Notes: a model not told the origin generated them from the sequence alone. DNA of 64,000 bases from Acidobacteriota bacterium (GCA_965248845.1 CBDFKO010000002.1:2625693-2689692); one strand, 5' to 3'. Shown: positions 48,944-58,528, counted from the first letter of the stretch. Translations and numbers: made by a program.

Positions 48944-49817
48944 GCAGGCGCTCCCAGGCCAACGGCACGTAGTCGATCTCGAGCTCGCGCCGCAGCCGCT
49001 GCTCGAGGGCGCGCAGGTCCGGGCGGTCATCGGGTAAACCGCGGTCGGCGCGCCCATCGGGCATGATCGTCACGGTCTCGCGCACGCGGATCAACAGCTT
49101 GCGGGCTGTCGCTCGCGCCAGCGCGGTGCCGTCGGCCGCCGTCGACATGCGCACCTCGCTCACCGAAGCCAGACCGATCAGCCGGAACAGCACCCCGAGC
49201 GCGCCGGTCGTGGGGCGGATGCGCGACCCGCTGACTTCGTCGAACATCGTCCAGCCGCCAAAGTCCAGCAGCCGGAAGGTCACCACGCGGTCGTTGTGCA
49301 CCAGAACCTCGGGCTCCGAGAACCGATCCTCGAACGAGTAGCTGGCGGGCACACCCGGCCCCGGGGGCCACGAGAGCCTGACGTTGACGGCGAGCAGCGG
49401 GCGCGGTCCCTGCCGAACCTCGGCCACCACGGCGCCGGGTCGCGCGTCCAAGTATGCCGATTGGCGGCTCGCGTAGGCGCGCTGGATGTGCACCGGGACG
49501 TCCTCGCGCGCCACGCCGGTCGCCTGCACGAAGGCCTCGAACCAGTCGTCGTGAGCGATCCGCAGGACGCCCGAATCGGTGTCCTCGCTGCGCGCCCCAC
49601 GAACCAGCCGCAGGTAGACCGAGCCCTGGAAGCGGCCGGCGTTGGTGGTCTTGCTGATGTCGTATCCGCGCTCGGCGCGCATGGCCGCGACGACTTGCTC
49701 GCGCGCGACGGTGTAGACCGGGACCGGGGTGGCCTGCGAGTACAGCGCCTCCGCGGGCAGCCCTACCCACAGCCAGGCCAACGCCAACACAGATATCCTC
49801 GCGAGGCTGACGAGCAT
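48933..49817 (-). CDS. Hypothetical secreted protein
   Basis: ATG at 49817 gives the signal peptide MLVSLARISVLALAWLWVGLPAEA. GC3 is high. No family recognised. Confidence 0.6.
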   Translation of the reverse strand: MLVSLARISVLALAWLWVGLPAEALYSQATPVPVYTVAREQVVAAMRAERGYDISKTTNAGRFQGSVYLRLVRGARSEDTDSGVLRIAHDDWFEAFVQATGVAREDVPVHIQRAYASRQSAYLDARPGAVVAEVRQGPRPLLAVNVRLSWPPGPGVPASYSFEDRFSEPEVLVHNDRVVTFRLLDFGGWTMFDEVSGSRIRPTTGALGVLFRLIGLASVSEVRMSTAADGTALARATARKLLIRVRETVTIMPDGRADRGLPDDRPDLRALEQRLRRELEIDYVPLAWERLLTS

Positions 49818-49855
49818 CCGCCCAGGGTAGCGGCTCGCCAGGTCGTCCACCGAGA

Positions 49856-51316
49856 TCAGCGCCGGTAGTCGAGGGGTGGCTCCCGATCGCCCACCAGGCT
49901 GTCGTAGACGAACTCGTCGCCGCGGCGCGAGACCAGCTCCTCCCGGGCCCGAGCCAGAGCCTCGGGCTCCAGGTACAGATCGAGCGCGGTCATGGCCAGC
50001 GTCTTGGCGGCCAGAAGCATGCCTTTGCTGCCGATGCTGGTGCCGCCCGCCGCGACCGCCTGCCAGCTGTGGGCAGCGGTACCGGGCACCCAGGTAGCTG
50101 TCCTCAGTCCAGCTGTCGGCACGACCCAGCTGATGTCGCCGACGTCGGTCGAGCCCCCGGCCGACGTGCCGAGCCGATAGGGCTGAACCTCGAGCTGCGA
50201 ACCAATGGCAAGCTCGGTGTCGCCGAGGGTGGCGAAGATCGCCTCGGCGAACTCGCGCTCCGTGTCGTTGTAGTCGAAGCCACCGAGATCGCTGAGGTTC
50301 TGGTACATCAGGCGCGCCAGTGTCTCGTTGGGCATGAGGTCGTAGATGCCGTGGATCACCTCGTGCTCGACGCGCGTGCCGGTGCCCTGCGCCGCCCCCT
50401 CCGAGGCGGCAACCACACGCTCCCAGAGCTGCATCACGGTGGCCACGTCGGGATGACGCACGTAGTAGTAGACCTCGGCGAAGTCGGGCACCACGTTGGG
50501 GGCACGCCCGCCTTGGGTGATCACGTAGTGGATGCGAGTCTCCTGCGGCACGTGCTCGCGCATCAGGTTGATCATGTAGTTGAACGCCTCGACGCCATCG
50601 AGCGCCGAGCGACCCCGTTCGGGGGCTCCGGCCGCGTGTGTCGAGATTCCGTGCAAGCGGAACTTGGCCGACTTGTTGGCCAGGCTTCTCGACGGGCTGG
50701 CGTCGTTGCTGCTGCCCGGATGCCAGTGCAGCACCGCGTCGACCTGGGCGAACAGCCCGGCACGCACCATGTACACCTTCCCCGCGCCGCCCTCCTCGGC
50801 CGGGGTGCCGTACAGGCGCACCCTACCCGGCTGGCCCGACCGCTCGAGCCACTCCTTGACCGCGATCGCCGCCGCCGTCGATGCGGTCCCGAAGAGATGG
50901 TGCCCGCATGCGTGCCCGTAGCCCTGCTGCACGAGCGGCGAGCGCACGGGGATCGCATCCTGCGACAGGCCCGGAAGGGCGTCGAACTCCGCGAGAATCG
51001 CGATCACCGGGCCGGTGTCGCCCCAGGACGCGACGAAGGCCGTCGGCATGCCGGCAACACCGGAATCAACGGCGAACCCGGCACGCTCGAGCTCGCCCTG
51101 CAGCAGCGCCGAGCTGCGCTCCTCCTGGTAGCCGGGCTCGGCCAGCTCCCAGATCGTGTGCGCGATCTCGCGGTACTGGGCCGCCCTGGACTCGATGCCT
51201 GCGACGACCTGCCGTTTGTGCTCGAGCGCCTGCCCCGCGGCTGCGTCGGCCGCCCCGACGCTCAGCAGAAGCACCGATCCGAGAATCCCCGGGCAACGGC
51301 TCCTGGAATCGATCAT
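49856..51316 (-). CDS. M20-family amidohydrolase (AbgB-like)
   Basis: ..ILAEFDALPG..GHACGHH..GTPAEEGGAGK.. ATG at 51316 followed by a signal-like N-terminus. Confidence 0.85.
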   Translation of the reverse strand: MIDSRSRCPGILGSVLLLSVGAADAAAGQALEHKRQVVAGIESRAAQYREIAHTIWELAEPGYQEERSSALLQGELERAGFAVDSGVAGMPTAFVASWGDTGPVIAILAEFDALPGLSQDAIPVRSPLVQQGYGHACGHHLFGTASTAAAIAVKEWLERSGQPGRVRLYGTPAEEGGAGKVYMVRAGLFAQVDAVLHWHPGSSNDASPSRSLANKSAKFRLHGISTHAAGAPERGRSALDGVEAFNYMINLMREHVPQETRIHYVITQGGRAPNVVPDFAEVYYYVRHPDVATVMQLWERVVAASEGAAQGTGTRVEHEVIHGIYDLMPNETLARLMYQNLSDLGGFDYNDTEREFAEAIFATLGDTELAIGSQLEVQPYRLGTSAGGSTDVGDISWVVPTAGLRTATWVPGTAAHSWQAVAAGGTSIGSKGMLLAAKTLAMTALDLYLEPEALARAREELVSRRGDEFVYDSLVGDREPPLDYRR

Positions 51317-51458
51317 CGACAGTCCCTTCAAGCTGTGGTTGAGAGCAAGACACACCCTCCCACGACTCTCGTCGGTAACGCCAGCGGCATCGCGTTTCGG
51401 TGCTGGCCCTCGGCCGCGGAATGAATCCCTGCCCCGGGGTGTCTAAGATCCGAGAGCG

Positions 51459-51817
51459 ATGACCCCCCCCCCTCCCCGACCGCACGAGCCGTGCCGGCGA
51501 TCCCGGACCGCGGGTAGGCCCCGACGACTCGACGCTGCTAGTGCGTGCACCGGAAGGCGACGAGGAGGCCTTCCGATGCCTGGTCGAGCGCTACGAGGGC
51601 GCCGTTGCGGCCACCGTGATCGGCATGCTGGGCCCCGGTGGCGAGGTCGACGACGTAGGGCAGGAGGTCTTCGTGCGCTTCTACCGCGCACTGGATCGCT
51701 TCCGCGGGGATTCCTCGCTCAAGACCTACCTGACGCGAATCGCTATCAACCTGTCGCTCAACGAGCTCAAGCGACGGCGGCGCTGGCTCGACCGCTTCCG
51801 CAGCCGCGACCGGCTGG
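51459..51817 (+). pseudogene. ECF sigma factor, region 2 only; 5' C10 tract puts the ATG out of frame and the 3' end is replaced by an IS remnant
   Basis: ..DDSTLLVRAPEGDEEAFRCLVERYEG..DDVGQEVFVRFYRALDRFRGDSSLKTYLTRIAINLSLNELKRRRR. The ATG at 51459 comes into frame if the C run 51463..51472 is one base shorter. No region 4 is present. Confidence 0.7.
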
Positions 51818-52017
51818 TGGATGGACTTCTACAACGAGTGCCGACCGCACTCGTCGCTCCAGGACCGGACGCCCGAGGAGGCGTACATTGACGACGGGGC
51901 TGAAGACAGGAGCCCGGGGCTTCGCCCCGTGTCTCGCAAGCCCAAGGCAGCCTGAATCATGAACCCGGATTCCACCTTAGCTGCGACGCAAACCTGTCCA
52001 AAGGATGGGGTCCACCT
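51818..52017 (+). mobile_element. 3' remnant of an IS3/IS481-type element
   Basis: WMDFYNECRPHSSLQDRTPEEAY.. (TGA at 51953..51955) is the canonical end of an rve-type transposase. About 60 nt of presumed terminal sequence follow. Both borders are approximate. Confidence 0.6.
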
Positions 52018-52227
52018 CTCCTCGATCTCCCGCACCTTGGAATCCAGATCAAAAGCCTCGATCTGGGCCTCGACCTCGCGGATCTTGGCCTCGACGTCGA
52101 ACTGGGCGAGTTGCGCCTCGACCTCGCTCAGCCGCTGCTCGAGGTCGTAATCCTCGATCTGCCCTTCGACCTCGGCCACGCGAGTCTCGACGTCGTACTC
52201 GGCGATCTGCTGCTCGACCTCGCGGAT
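52018..52227 (-). repeat. 48-bp coding tandem repeat, 4 units plus a partial unit
   Basis: Units are IREVEQQIAEYDVETR / VAEVEGQIEDYDLEQR / LSEVEAQLAQFDVEAK / IREVEAQIEAFDLDSK / VREIEE. Confidence 0.85.
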
Positions 52228-52293
52228 TCGCTGCTCCTGCCCCTCGATCTCACGCTCCAGGCGATCCTGCGTCTCGGGATCGGAGGTCGCCCG

Positions 52294-52503
52294 GGCCGCT
52301 GACTTCAGGCTGGAGATACGCCCGCGGTGGGAAGAAATCTGACCCCGCAGGCTGCTGACCTGACCCCGGTACGAGGAGATCTGCCCTTTCAAGCTCGAAA
52401 CCTGGCCGCGATACGAGGACATCTGGCCCCGCAGGCTCGAGACCTGACCGCGATGCGACGAGATCTGCCCCCGGAGACTGCTCTGCTCCCCGCGGATGCT
52501 GCT
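52294..52503 (-). repeat. 21-bp coding tandem repeat, 10 units (heptads SS[LHY][RK]GQ[IVM])
   Basis: The text reads SSIRGEQ SSLRGQI SSHRGQV SSLRGQM SSYRGQV SSLKGQI SSYRGQV SSLRGQI SSHRGRI SSLKSAA. Confidence 0.85.
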
Positions 52504-53180
52504 GGCCTCCCACAGGCCACCGAGCACCGTGAACACCCGGTCACGCCACTCCTGAGCATCCTGGCCGAATGAGAGGCTACGCCCGTCGACGCTCCAGGCA
52601 TGCTCGATACCTCCGGGGCCCTCGGTGATCTCCAGGCGCTGTGTGCCGTCACCCTCGGACTCCATAACGACCCAGCTATCCTGCCCCACGGCGCGGACCG
52701 ACATGCCGTTGTCGGCCATCACGACTTCCCCGTGGAGGCGCATGCACAGGCGCAGCCCATCGACGTACCGCTGGATGGTCTGGTCGCCGTTGTGCCAGCC
52801 CGAAAGCTCGTCGCGCTCACCGTCCCCATCTGAGCTGTGGCTCATGGTGCCGCTGAAATTCCCGCTCAGTCCGCGCACCTGGCAGGCGTGCTCCTGAGTC
52901 GTGATGGCCAGCGCGACCGGCCCGATCGAGGGGGTCGACTCCGGCGCCGTTACCTTGACGCCCGGCAATGCTGTGTGATTCGGCACGGTCGGCACCGGTC
53001 GAGCGACCGCGACCGAGACTCCGAGGCTGCCCAGGAGCAGCAGGGCGAGGGCGGCGACGGCGGGTTTGGTGCGAGGGCGGTGTGGCTCGAGAATGGCCAT
53101 GACTCTCCTTTCCAGGTGTGAACGCTGGATCATGGGGAGGGAAACTACGGCCGGAGCGGGACCCATGCTCTCGGCCAGTT

Positions 53181-54524
53181 CTAGCAGGGTGATGAAAAAC
53201 TCCGCCGAGGGCGGAGAATCTCTTGAGACAGGTTGGTAGGGTAGGCGCGAGTGCTCAAGTGACCGTCGTAGGGGGTGGGTTGATGCGAGGCGACGACACG
53301 CGGCAGGTAGCGGCCTTCAGTTACATCTCGCCGGAGCAACGGGTACCGAAAGAGCATCCGTTGCGGGCGATCCTGGAGATGGTGGACGAAGCGTTGCGCA
53401 CGCTCGGGCCGCAGTTCCGGGAGTTGTACTCGCACACGGGGCGCCCATCGATTCCACCGGAGAGGTTGCTTCGAGCGCTGCTGCTGCAGGTGCTCTACAG
53501 CATCCGATCCGAGAGGATGTTGATCGAGCAGCTGGAGTACAACCTGCTGTTCCGCTGGTTCGTGGGGATGGGGATGGACGATACGGTCTGGAATCCGAGT
53601 ACCTTCAGCAAGAACCGTGATCGGTTGTTGCAGGGGCAGATCGCAGACGCCTTCTTCGAGGCGGTGCTTGCCCAGGCTCGCGAGCGGGATCTGCTGTCGG
53701 ATGAGCACTTCTCGGTGGATGGCACGTTGATCCAGGCGTGGGCCTCGCACAAGAGCTACGTCGCCAAAGGCGAGGTCTCTGGCCCCGGAGGCGGGGGTGG
53801 CAGCAATGCGGCCGGCAACTTCCGTGGACAGAAGCGATCCAACGCGACGCATCATTCAATCACCGACCCTGATGCGCGGCTGTTCCGCAAGGCACGAGGG
53901 CACGAAGCACAGCTGTGCTACATGGGGCATGTTCTGCTTGACAACCGGCACGGTCTGGCCAGCAAAGCCCGAGCAACAAAGGCCTCCGGCACAGCGGAAC
54001 GAGACGTCGCCGTCGAACTGCTCAAGGCGGCTGTGCGAGGCACTCGGGCCACCATAGCCGGAGACAAGAACTACGACACTCGGAACTTCGTGGCGCAAAC
54101 ACGAGCGCTTGGAATCACGCCCCACGTAGCGCAAAACGCCTACCGGAATCGACGCAGCGCCATCGACGCCAGAACCACTCGGCATCCCGGCTACCAGGCC
54201 AGTCAACGCAAGCGCAAGCTGACCGAGCAGGTGTTCGGCTGGGTCAAGACGGTAGGCACTCTGCGCAAGACGCGACACCGAGGCGAGCGACAGGTGGACT
54301 GGACGTTCACGTTCTCGGTTGCTGCCTACAACCTCGTGAGAATGGGCAATCTGGCGGCGGCGACATGACCAGGCGCGGTTGCACGGGCCTGCTGCGAGCT
54401 GCTGGACTCGCCCAACGGGCAGCATGTCCTTCGATCGGGCTGCACAACAGACAAGATCACGCTCTTGAACTCCGTGGAGCGATCCAGTCCCCCGACAAAC
54501 CAGCGTTCTTCATCACCCTGCTAG
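53181..54524 (+). mobile_element. Diverged IS5-family element, copy 5 (1344 bp)
   Basis: Inverted repeat CAGGGTGATGAA(A/G)AAC, flanked by CTAG on both sides. Its transposase is roughly two-thirds identical (by eye) to the other four. Confidence 0.9.
53283..54368 (+). CDS. IS5-family DDE transposase (361 aa)
   Basis: MRGDDTRQVAAFSYISPEQRVPKEHPLR.. is colinear with the 358-aa transposases. Start chosen by that alignment (ATG at 53283). Confidence 0.9.
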   Translation: MRGDDTRQVAAFSYISPEQRVPKEHPLRAILEMVDEALRTLGPQFRELYSHTGRPSIPPERLLRALLLQVLYSIRSERMLIEQLEYNLLFRWFVGMGMDDTVWNPSTFSKNRDRLLQGQIADAFFEAVLAQARERDLLSDEHFSVDGTLIQAWASHKSYVAKGEVSGPGGGGGSNAAGNFRGQKRSNATHHSITDPDARLFRKARGHEAQLCYMGHVLLDNRHGLASKARATKASGTAERDVAVELLKAAVRGTRATIAGDKNYDTRNFVAQTRALGITPHVAQNAYRNRRSAIDARTTRHPGYQASQRKRKLTEQVFGWVKTVGTLRKTRHRGERQVDWTFTFSVAAYNLVRMGNLAAAT

Positions 54525-55381
54525 AAGATGTGTGGCGTACTCCGACGGACGCGTGCCGAGCTCGAGAACCGCCTCGTCGCAGGCTTGCTCGCGCGTGGCG
54601 ATGGCGAGCTTCGAGGCGAGCCAGCTCAAGGGGTGGAACCAGTAGAGCGACAACGCTGCATGGCACAGGAGCTGTCGCGGCGCGTCGCGCCGCCGCACGT
54701 GCACGAGCTCGTGGGCCAGCACGACCTCCCGGCGGGCCGCCGACCAGCCGAGTGCCGCCGCCGGCAGCAGCACCACGGGGCGGCGCCACCCGCTCGTCAT
54801 CGGCGTCAACGCTGCCGGGCTGATGAGCAAACGGACCGCGCGGCCCACGCCGAGCCGGTGCCGTAGCCGGCCGAGATTGGCCAGCCACTCGGGATCGTCC
54901 ACCGGCCGTGCCTCCCGTACCAGGCGACGCAGGCGCCAGGCACCCACCGCGACCGAGCCGAGAGCTGCGAGTGTGCCCAGCAACCAGACCCCGGCCAGTA
55001 GCTGGCCAGCGGAGAGCCTGGCTCCGCGCGTCTCCACCCTGGTCACGGATCGAGCCACGAGCTCGCCACCTTCGTGCGTCTCCACGAGTGGCTCGGATAC
55101 CGGCCCCGGCGCTGCGGTCTGACCCGATGCATCCAGGCCTGCGGACGCGGACGCCCCCTCGAGCACCGGTGGCAGGATCGCAAGCTCCCAGCTCGGCAGC
55201 AGCTGCATGGCCAGCGGCAGGCACAGGAGAGCGGCGAAGGTCGTGCTCCAGAGCAGATGCCGCGTGCCCGCCGACCCACGGCGCAGCCCCCACGCCAGCA
55301 GAACCGCAGCGGCCAGCAGGATGGTGGCGCGCAGCAGGATCGCCGGCGCGTCTGAGATCCCGAGGCTCAGCAGGGCGGCCA

Positions 55382-55765
55382 TCACCGACCCTCCTCGGCA
55401 GCGCGATCGACCATGCGCTTCATGTGCGCGCGCTCCTCGTCGGTGAGGGTACCGTGCTCGAGCTCCAGCAAGGCTGCCATGGCACCCTCCACGGAGCCGC
55501 CGAAGAAAGTCTGGAGCACGTGCTGCATTGCGGAGCTCCGAGCACGCTGGGGCGCAGCGGTCGGCGAGTAGACGTAGCGCGGCCCCTCCTGCTCGAAGCC
55601 CAGATGCCCCTTGGAAACCAGGATGCGCAAGATCGACCGAACCGCCGCATCGGTGGGCGGATCGGCCATGCGCTCGCGTACCTGCGCGGCGGTGGCATGG
55701 CCCAGCTCGTGGACCACGTCCATCACCTGGCGCTCGCGCCGGCTCAACGGTGGAAGGTCAATCAT
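55382..55765 (-). CDS. BlaI/MecI/CopY-family transcriptional repressor
   Basis: MIDLPPLSRRERQVMDVVHELGHATAAQVRERM..ILVSKGHL... The stop overlaps the M56 gene ATG (ATGA). Confidence 0.9.
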   Translation of the reverse strand: MIDLPPLSRRERQVMDVVHELGHATAAQVRERMADPPTDAAVRSILRILVSKGHLGFEQEGPRYVYSPTAAPQRARSSAMQHVLQTFFGGSVEGAMAALLELEHGTLTDEERAHMKRMVDRAAEEGR

Positions 55766-55820
55766 CGGCTTGCTACTGCTCAGCGGGGACTGCTGGTGTC
55801 GGATCAGTGTAGGGACACGG

Positions 55821-55855
55821 TGTCGAAAAATCAACATCATGTCGAAATTTCAACA
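55821..55855. promoter_or_regulatory. Two direct copies of a TGT..ACA dyad (TGTCGAAAAATCAACA and TGTCGAAATTTCAACA)
   Basis: Located 55-90 nt upstream of the BlaI-family gene in a low-GC patch. The second copy is 14/16 self-complementary. The TGT-N10-ACA shape fits BlaI/MecI-type operators. Confidence 0.5.
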
Positions 55856-55912
55856 AGCCCCTCGTCTGGATCAGACGCAGCACAGCCTCGGATGGTTGGG
55901 ACGAGCCCGGCG

Positions 55913-56509
55913 TCAGTCGCCCGCGACCGGATCGTGCTCCATGATCTTCCAGGCCCAGGCACGCGCCCGCTCGATGCTCGACGGGGCGGGCAGCAGCCCG
56001 TGGTCGAGCACGCGGAAGACCACCGGTCCGGTCGTGACATCGGCGGCGGTCATCGAGTCGCCGACCAGCCAGTCCCTGTCGGTGAGGTGCTGCTCGAGGG
56101 TCCGGGTCGCGGCGGCGAACTCGCGCTCGGCCACGGCCGTCTCCTCGGCATCGACGATGCCGGCGATCCGCATGCCTACCAGACGTAGCAACGGCGCCGA
56201 CAGGTCGGTGCGGCCGAAAGCCTCCCAGCGCTCGATCTCGCGCATCGTCGGGTAGTCCTCGGAGAACAGTCGCGGGGTGTCGAGGAAATTCGCCTCCAGA
56301 TAGCGCACGATCGCCGCCGAATCGAACAGTCGCACGTCGCCGTGCTCCATGATCGGCGTCATCGGTTGACCGGTCAGGCGGATGATGTCGGCGCGCTCGG
56401 CCGGGTCGATGCGTCGGAACTCGAACGGAATGTCCTTGTAGCCGAGCGCCACGCGCACCTTGAAGTTGTTGGATGTATCGAAACCGTGGATCAGGACTGG
56501 GGCCGACAT
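55913..56509 (-). CDS. Glutathione S-transferase family protein
   Basis: ATG at 56509 preceded by GGAGAG. Thioredoxin-like N-domain followed by a helical C-domain pattern. Confidence 0.75.
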   Translation of the reverse strand: MSAPVLIHGFDTSNNFKVRVALGYKDIPFEFRRIDPAERADIIRLTGQPMTPIMEHGDVRLFDSAAIVRYLEANFLDTPRLFSEDYPTMREIERWEAFGRTDLSAPLLRLVGMRIAGIVDAEETAVAEREFAAATRTLEQHLTDRDWLVGDSMTAADVTTGPVVFRVLDHGLLPAPSSIERARAWAWKIMEHDPVAGD

Positions 56510-56653
56510 GGTCTCTCCGCGTTGGTGGGCCGGGGTCAGGGCCCGGCCGTGGGACCCGGGGGGCCACGGGCCGGGCTGAGGGGCCGGTGCACCGCCCCCC
56601 TGGCTCCCACTAGAATCTTCGTGACCCGGCCTGCTCGCAACCCATGAGGATCC

Positions 56654-57340
56654 ATGCGCCAGCGACATTTCACACCCGCCTTCTTCGCCTTCCTACGCGA
56701 CCTGGCCAAGAACAACAATCGCGACTGGTTCAAGGCCAACAAGCAGCGCTACGAGGACAGCATCCGGGAGCCGGCGCTGCAGTTCGTGCGCGATTTCGAG
56801 GCCCGCCTGGAGAAGATCAGCCCGCACATGGTCGTCGACGACCGAAAGGTGGGTGGCTCGCTGTTCCGCATCTACCGGGATGTGCGCTTCTCCATGGACA
56901 AGACTCCGTACAAGACCAACTCGGGCATTCACTTTCGCCACGAAGCGGGCAAGAACGCCCACTGCCCCGGCTTCTACCTACACCTGGATCCGAAGGAGAT
57001 TTTCGTCGACGCCGGAGTCTGGCGCCCGGACTCGGAGACTGTGGGAAAGATCCGCGCTACCATCGACGCCGAGCCCAAGAGCTGGAAGAGCGCCGTCGGC
57101 CGCAAGACCTTCGCCTCGACCTATGAGCTCGCCGGTGACTCCCTCAAGCGGCCGCCGAAGGGCTACGAGGCCGACCACCCGTTGATCGACGACCTCAAGC
57201 GCAAGGATTTCATCGGCGTGGTGTCGCTGTCGCAGAAGGCCGTCACCCGGCGGGGTTTCATCGACGAGTACACCAAGCTGTGCCGCAAGGCGACGCCCTT
57301 GATGAGCTTCCTGTGTCGGGCGATCGACGTGCCCTACTGA
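56654..57340 (+). CDS. DUF2461 (TIGR02453) family protein
   Basis: ..FFAFLRDLAKNNNRDWFKANKQRYE..FRIYRDVRFSMDKTPYKT.. is characteristic. Confidence 0.85.
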   Translation: MRQRHFTPAFFAFLRDLAKNNNRDWFKANKQRYEDSIREPALQFVRDFEARLEKISPHMVVDDRKVGGSLFRIYRDVRFSMDKTPYKTNSGIHFRHEAGKNAHCPGFYLHLDPKEIFVDAGVWRPDSETVGKIRATIDAEPKSWKSAVGRKTFASTYELAGDSLKRPPKGYEADHPLIDDLKRKDFIGVVSLSQKAVTRRGFIDEYTKLCRKATPLMSFLCRAIDVPY

Positions 57341-57358
57341 GGCCGGATCCGGCGCTGA

Positions 57359-58300
57359 TCATCTACCAGCGCGCCCGAGGAACGTCGTCGGCGTGTACTG
57401 CACCGAGTAGATGTTGAAGCCGGTGCCCTCCAGCAGGTCGAGCGCGGTAGGCACGTACACCCGCTAGCGACCATTCCTGAAGACATAGGCCGCCGGATCG
57501 ATGGTCGCCTCGACGTCGAGATCCTCGGCCGAGACGATGAGCTCGCCACTCCCCCAGAGCAGGCCATCCTCGGACAGGGCGCTGTAGATGGAGTTGTAGA
57601 AGGCTTTGTGCGACTGCCCGCTCGGGCCAGGATCCTCGGCGGCGTAGAACATCCTGTAGCCTTCGCCTTCCTGCACCACATAGGGGTCGACCGCGTCCGG
57701 AAAGACGATCTGCTCGAAGGTGAAGTCCTCTCCGTCGTCGGAGATGGCCGTCGCCACCTGGCCCTGCGCCTTGCTGCAGACGAAGTAGAGCCGGACCATA
57801 CCCTCGTGAGTCACGACGGCGTGGGGCACGCTCGTCCAGTCGAAGCAGGGGCTGCCCTCGCGCTTGAACACCCGGCCGTCGACCTCGAACTCGGTGCCCT
57901 CGGCATTGGTGGCACTGGCGCGCCAGACTTGATGGGAGTCCTGTTTGGCGAACGGCGCGACCTTGAAGTACAGACGGAGCACGCCGTCGAGCATGATCAG
58001 GCTGGCGTCGGCGACGATCGAGTTCGCCACGTTGATGCCGGTCCCCTGAGCCTTCTTCCACTTCTTGCCGTTGCGGCTCTTGGCGGTCGCCAGACCGAAC
58101 TCGCTGGAGTTGTAGTAGATGCGCAGGTCTTTCCGGCCGAACTGGTAGAGGCCGGGCGTCCCCGCCTCCTTCAGCCGGATGCCCTTCTCGATCTTGACCT
58201 TGGCGCTCCGCGGCGGCGGCTCGGAGCCCCACGCACCGCCGGTCGCCAGCGCGGCACACAGCATCAAGAACGGGACGATCCGGCGGCCAAACCTTCGCAT
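57359..58300 (-). pseudogene. Secreted beta-propeller-like protein interrupted by an in-frame TAG
   Basis: ATG at 58300 preceded by GGAAGGAG, then a signal peptide. Blade-like motifs recur (LRLYF, VRLYF, YRMFY). The text reads ..AYVFRNGR-TAG(57464..57466)-RVYVPTALDLLEGTGFNIYSVQYT.. in the same frame to TGA 57359..57361. Confidence 0.65.
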
Positions 58301-58528
58301 CGTGCTCTCCTTCCCTGAGTCGACCCCCCTACAGGCTCCTCCCGACCCGACCCGGTGCCGAGGGACCGCCGCTCCCGGTCGCGCCGCATCATGGCACAGT
58401 GGCGAGGCCGGAGCCAGAACCGTATGCCCTGCCAGGGACCAGCCGCGCCCGGCTTGATATGATTCGCGACGCCAGTCCACCCTGGTGCCGAATCTCGGCA
58501 TCCCTCCCCTCTGCCTCGCGGGGTTTCG

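Larger units (their letters stand above)
52018..55385 (-). pseudogene. BlaR1/MecR1-like M56 peptidase sensor, split by IS copy 5 and 3'-truncated by the IS3-type remnant
   Basis: 5' part 54525..55385 has HELVHVRRRD. Removing 1340 nt joins CAT CTT CTA|GAA CTG GCC GAG AGC ATG GGT in frame (..YATHLLELAESMGPAPAVV..LERRVMAILEP..). At the 3' end the reading frame runs out of the repeat region into antisense IS-remnant sequence at about 52017. Confidence 0.8.

Noticed and set aside
52294-52503. Regular 21-bp tandem repeats that might be mistaken for a CRISPR-like or VNTR array.
   Set aside because: There are no spacers. The units are contiguous, in frame and encode heptads within the BlaR1-like ORF.
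29575-57466. The idea that the three in-frame TAGs reflect TAG reassignment or programmed readthrough.
   Set aside because: TAG clearly terminates other genes here. DctP ends at 16965..16967 with DctQ starting in another frame. The FGGY kinase ends at 21921..21923. The DUF2723 gene ends at 65..67. No suppressor tRNA or Pyl genes were seen. Nonsense mutation is the simpler explanation.
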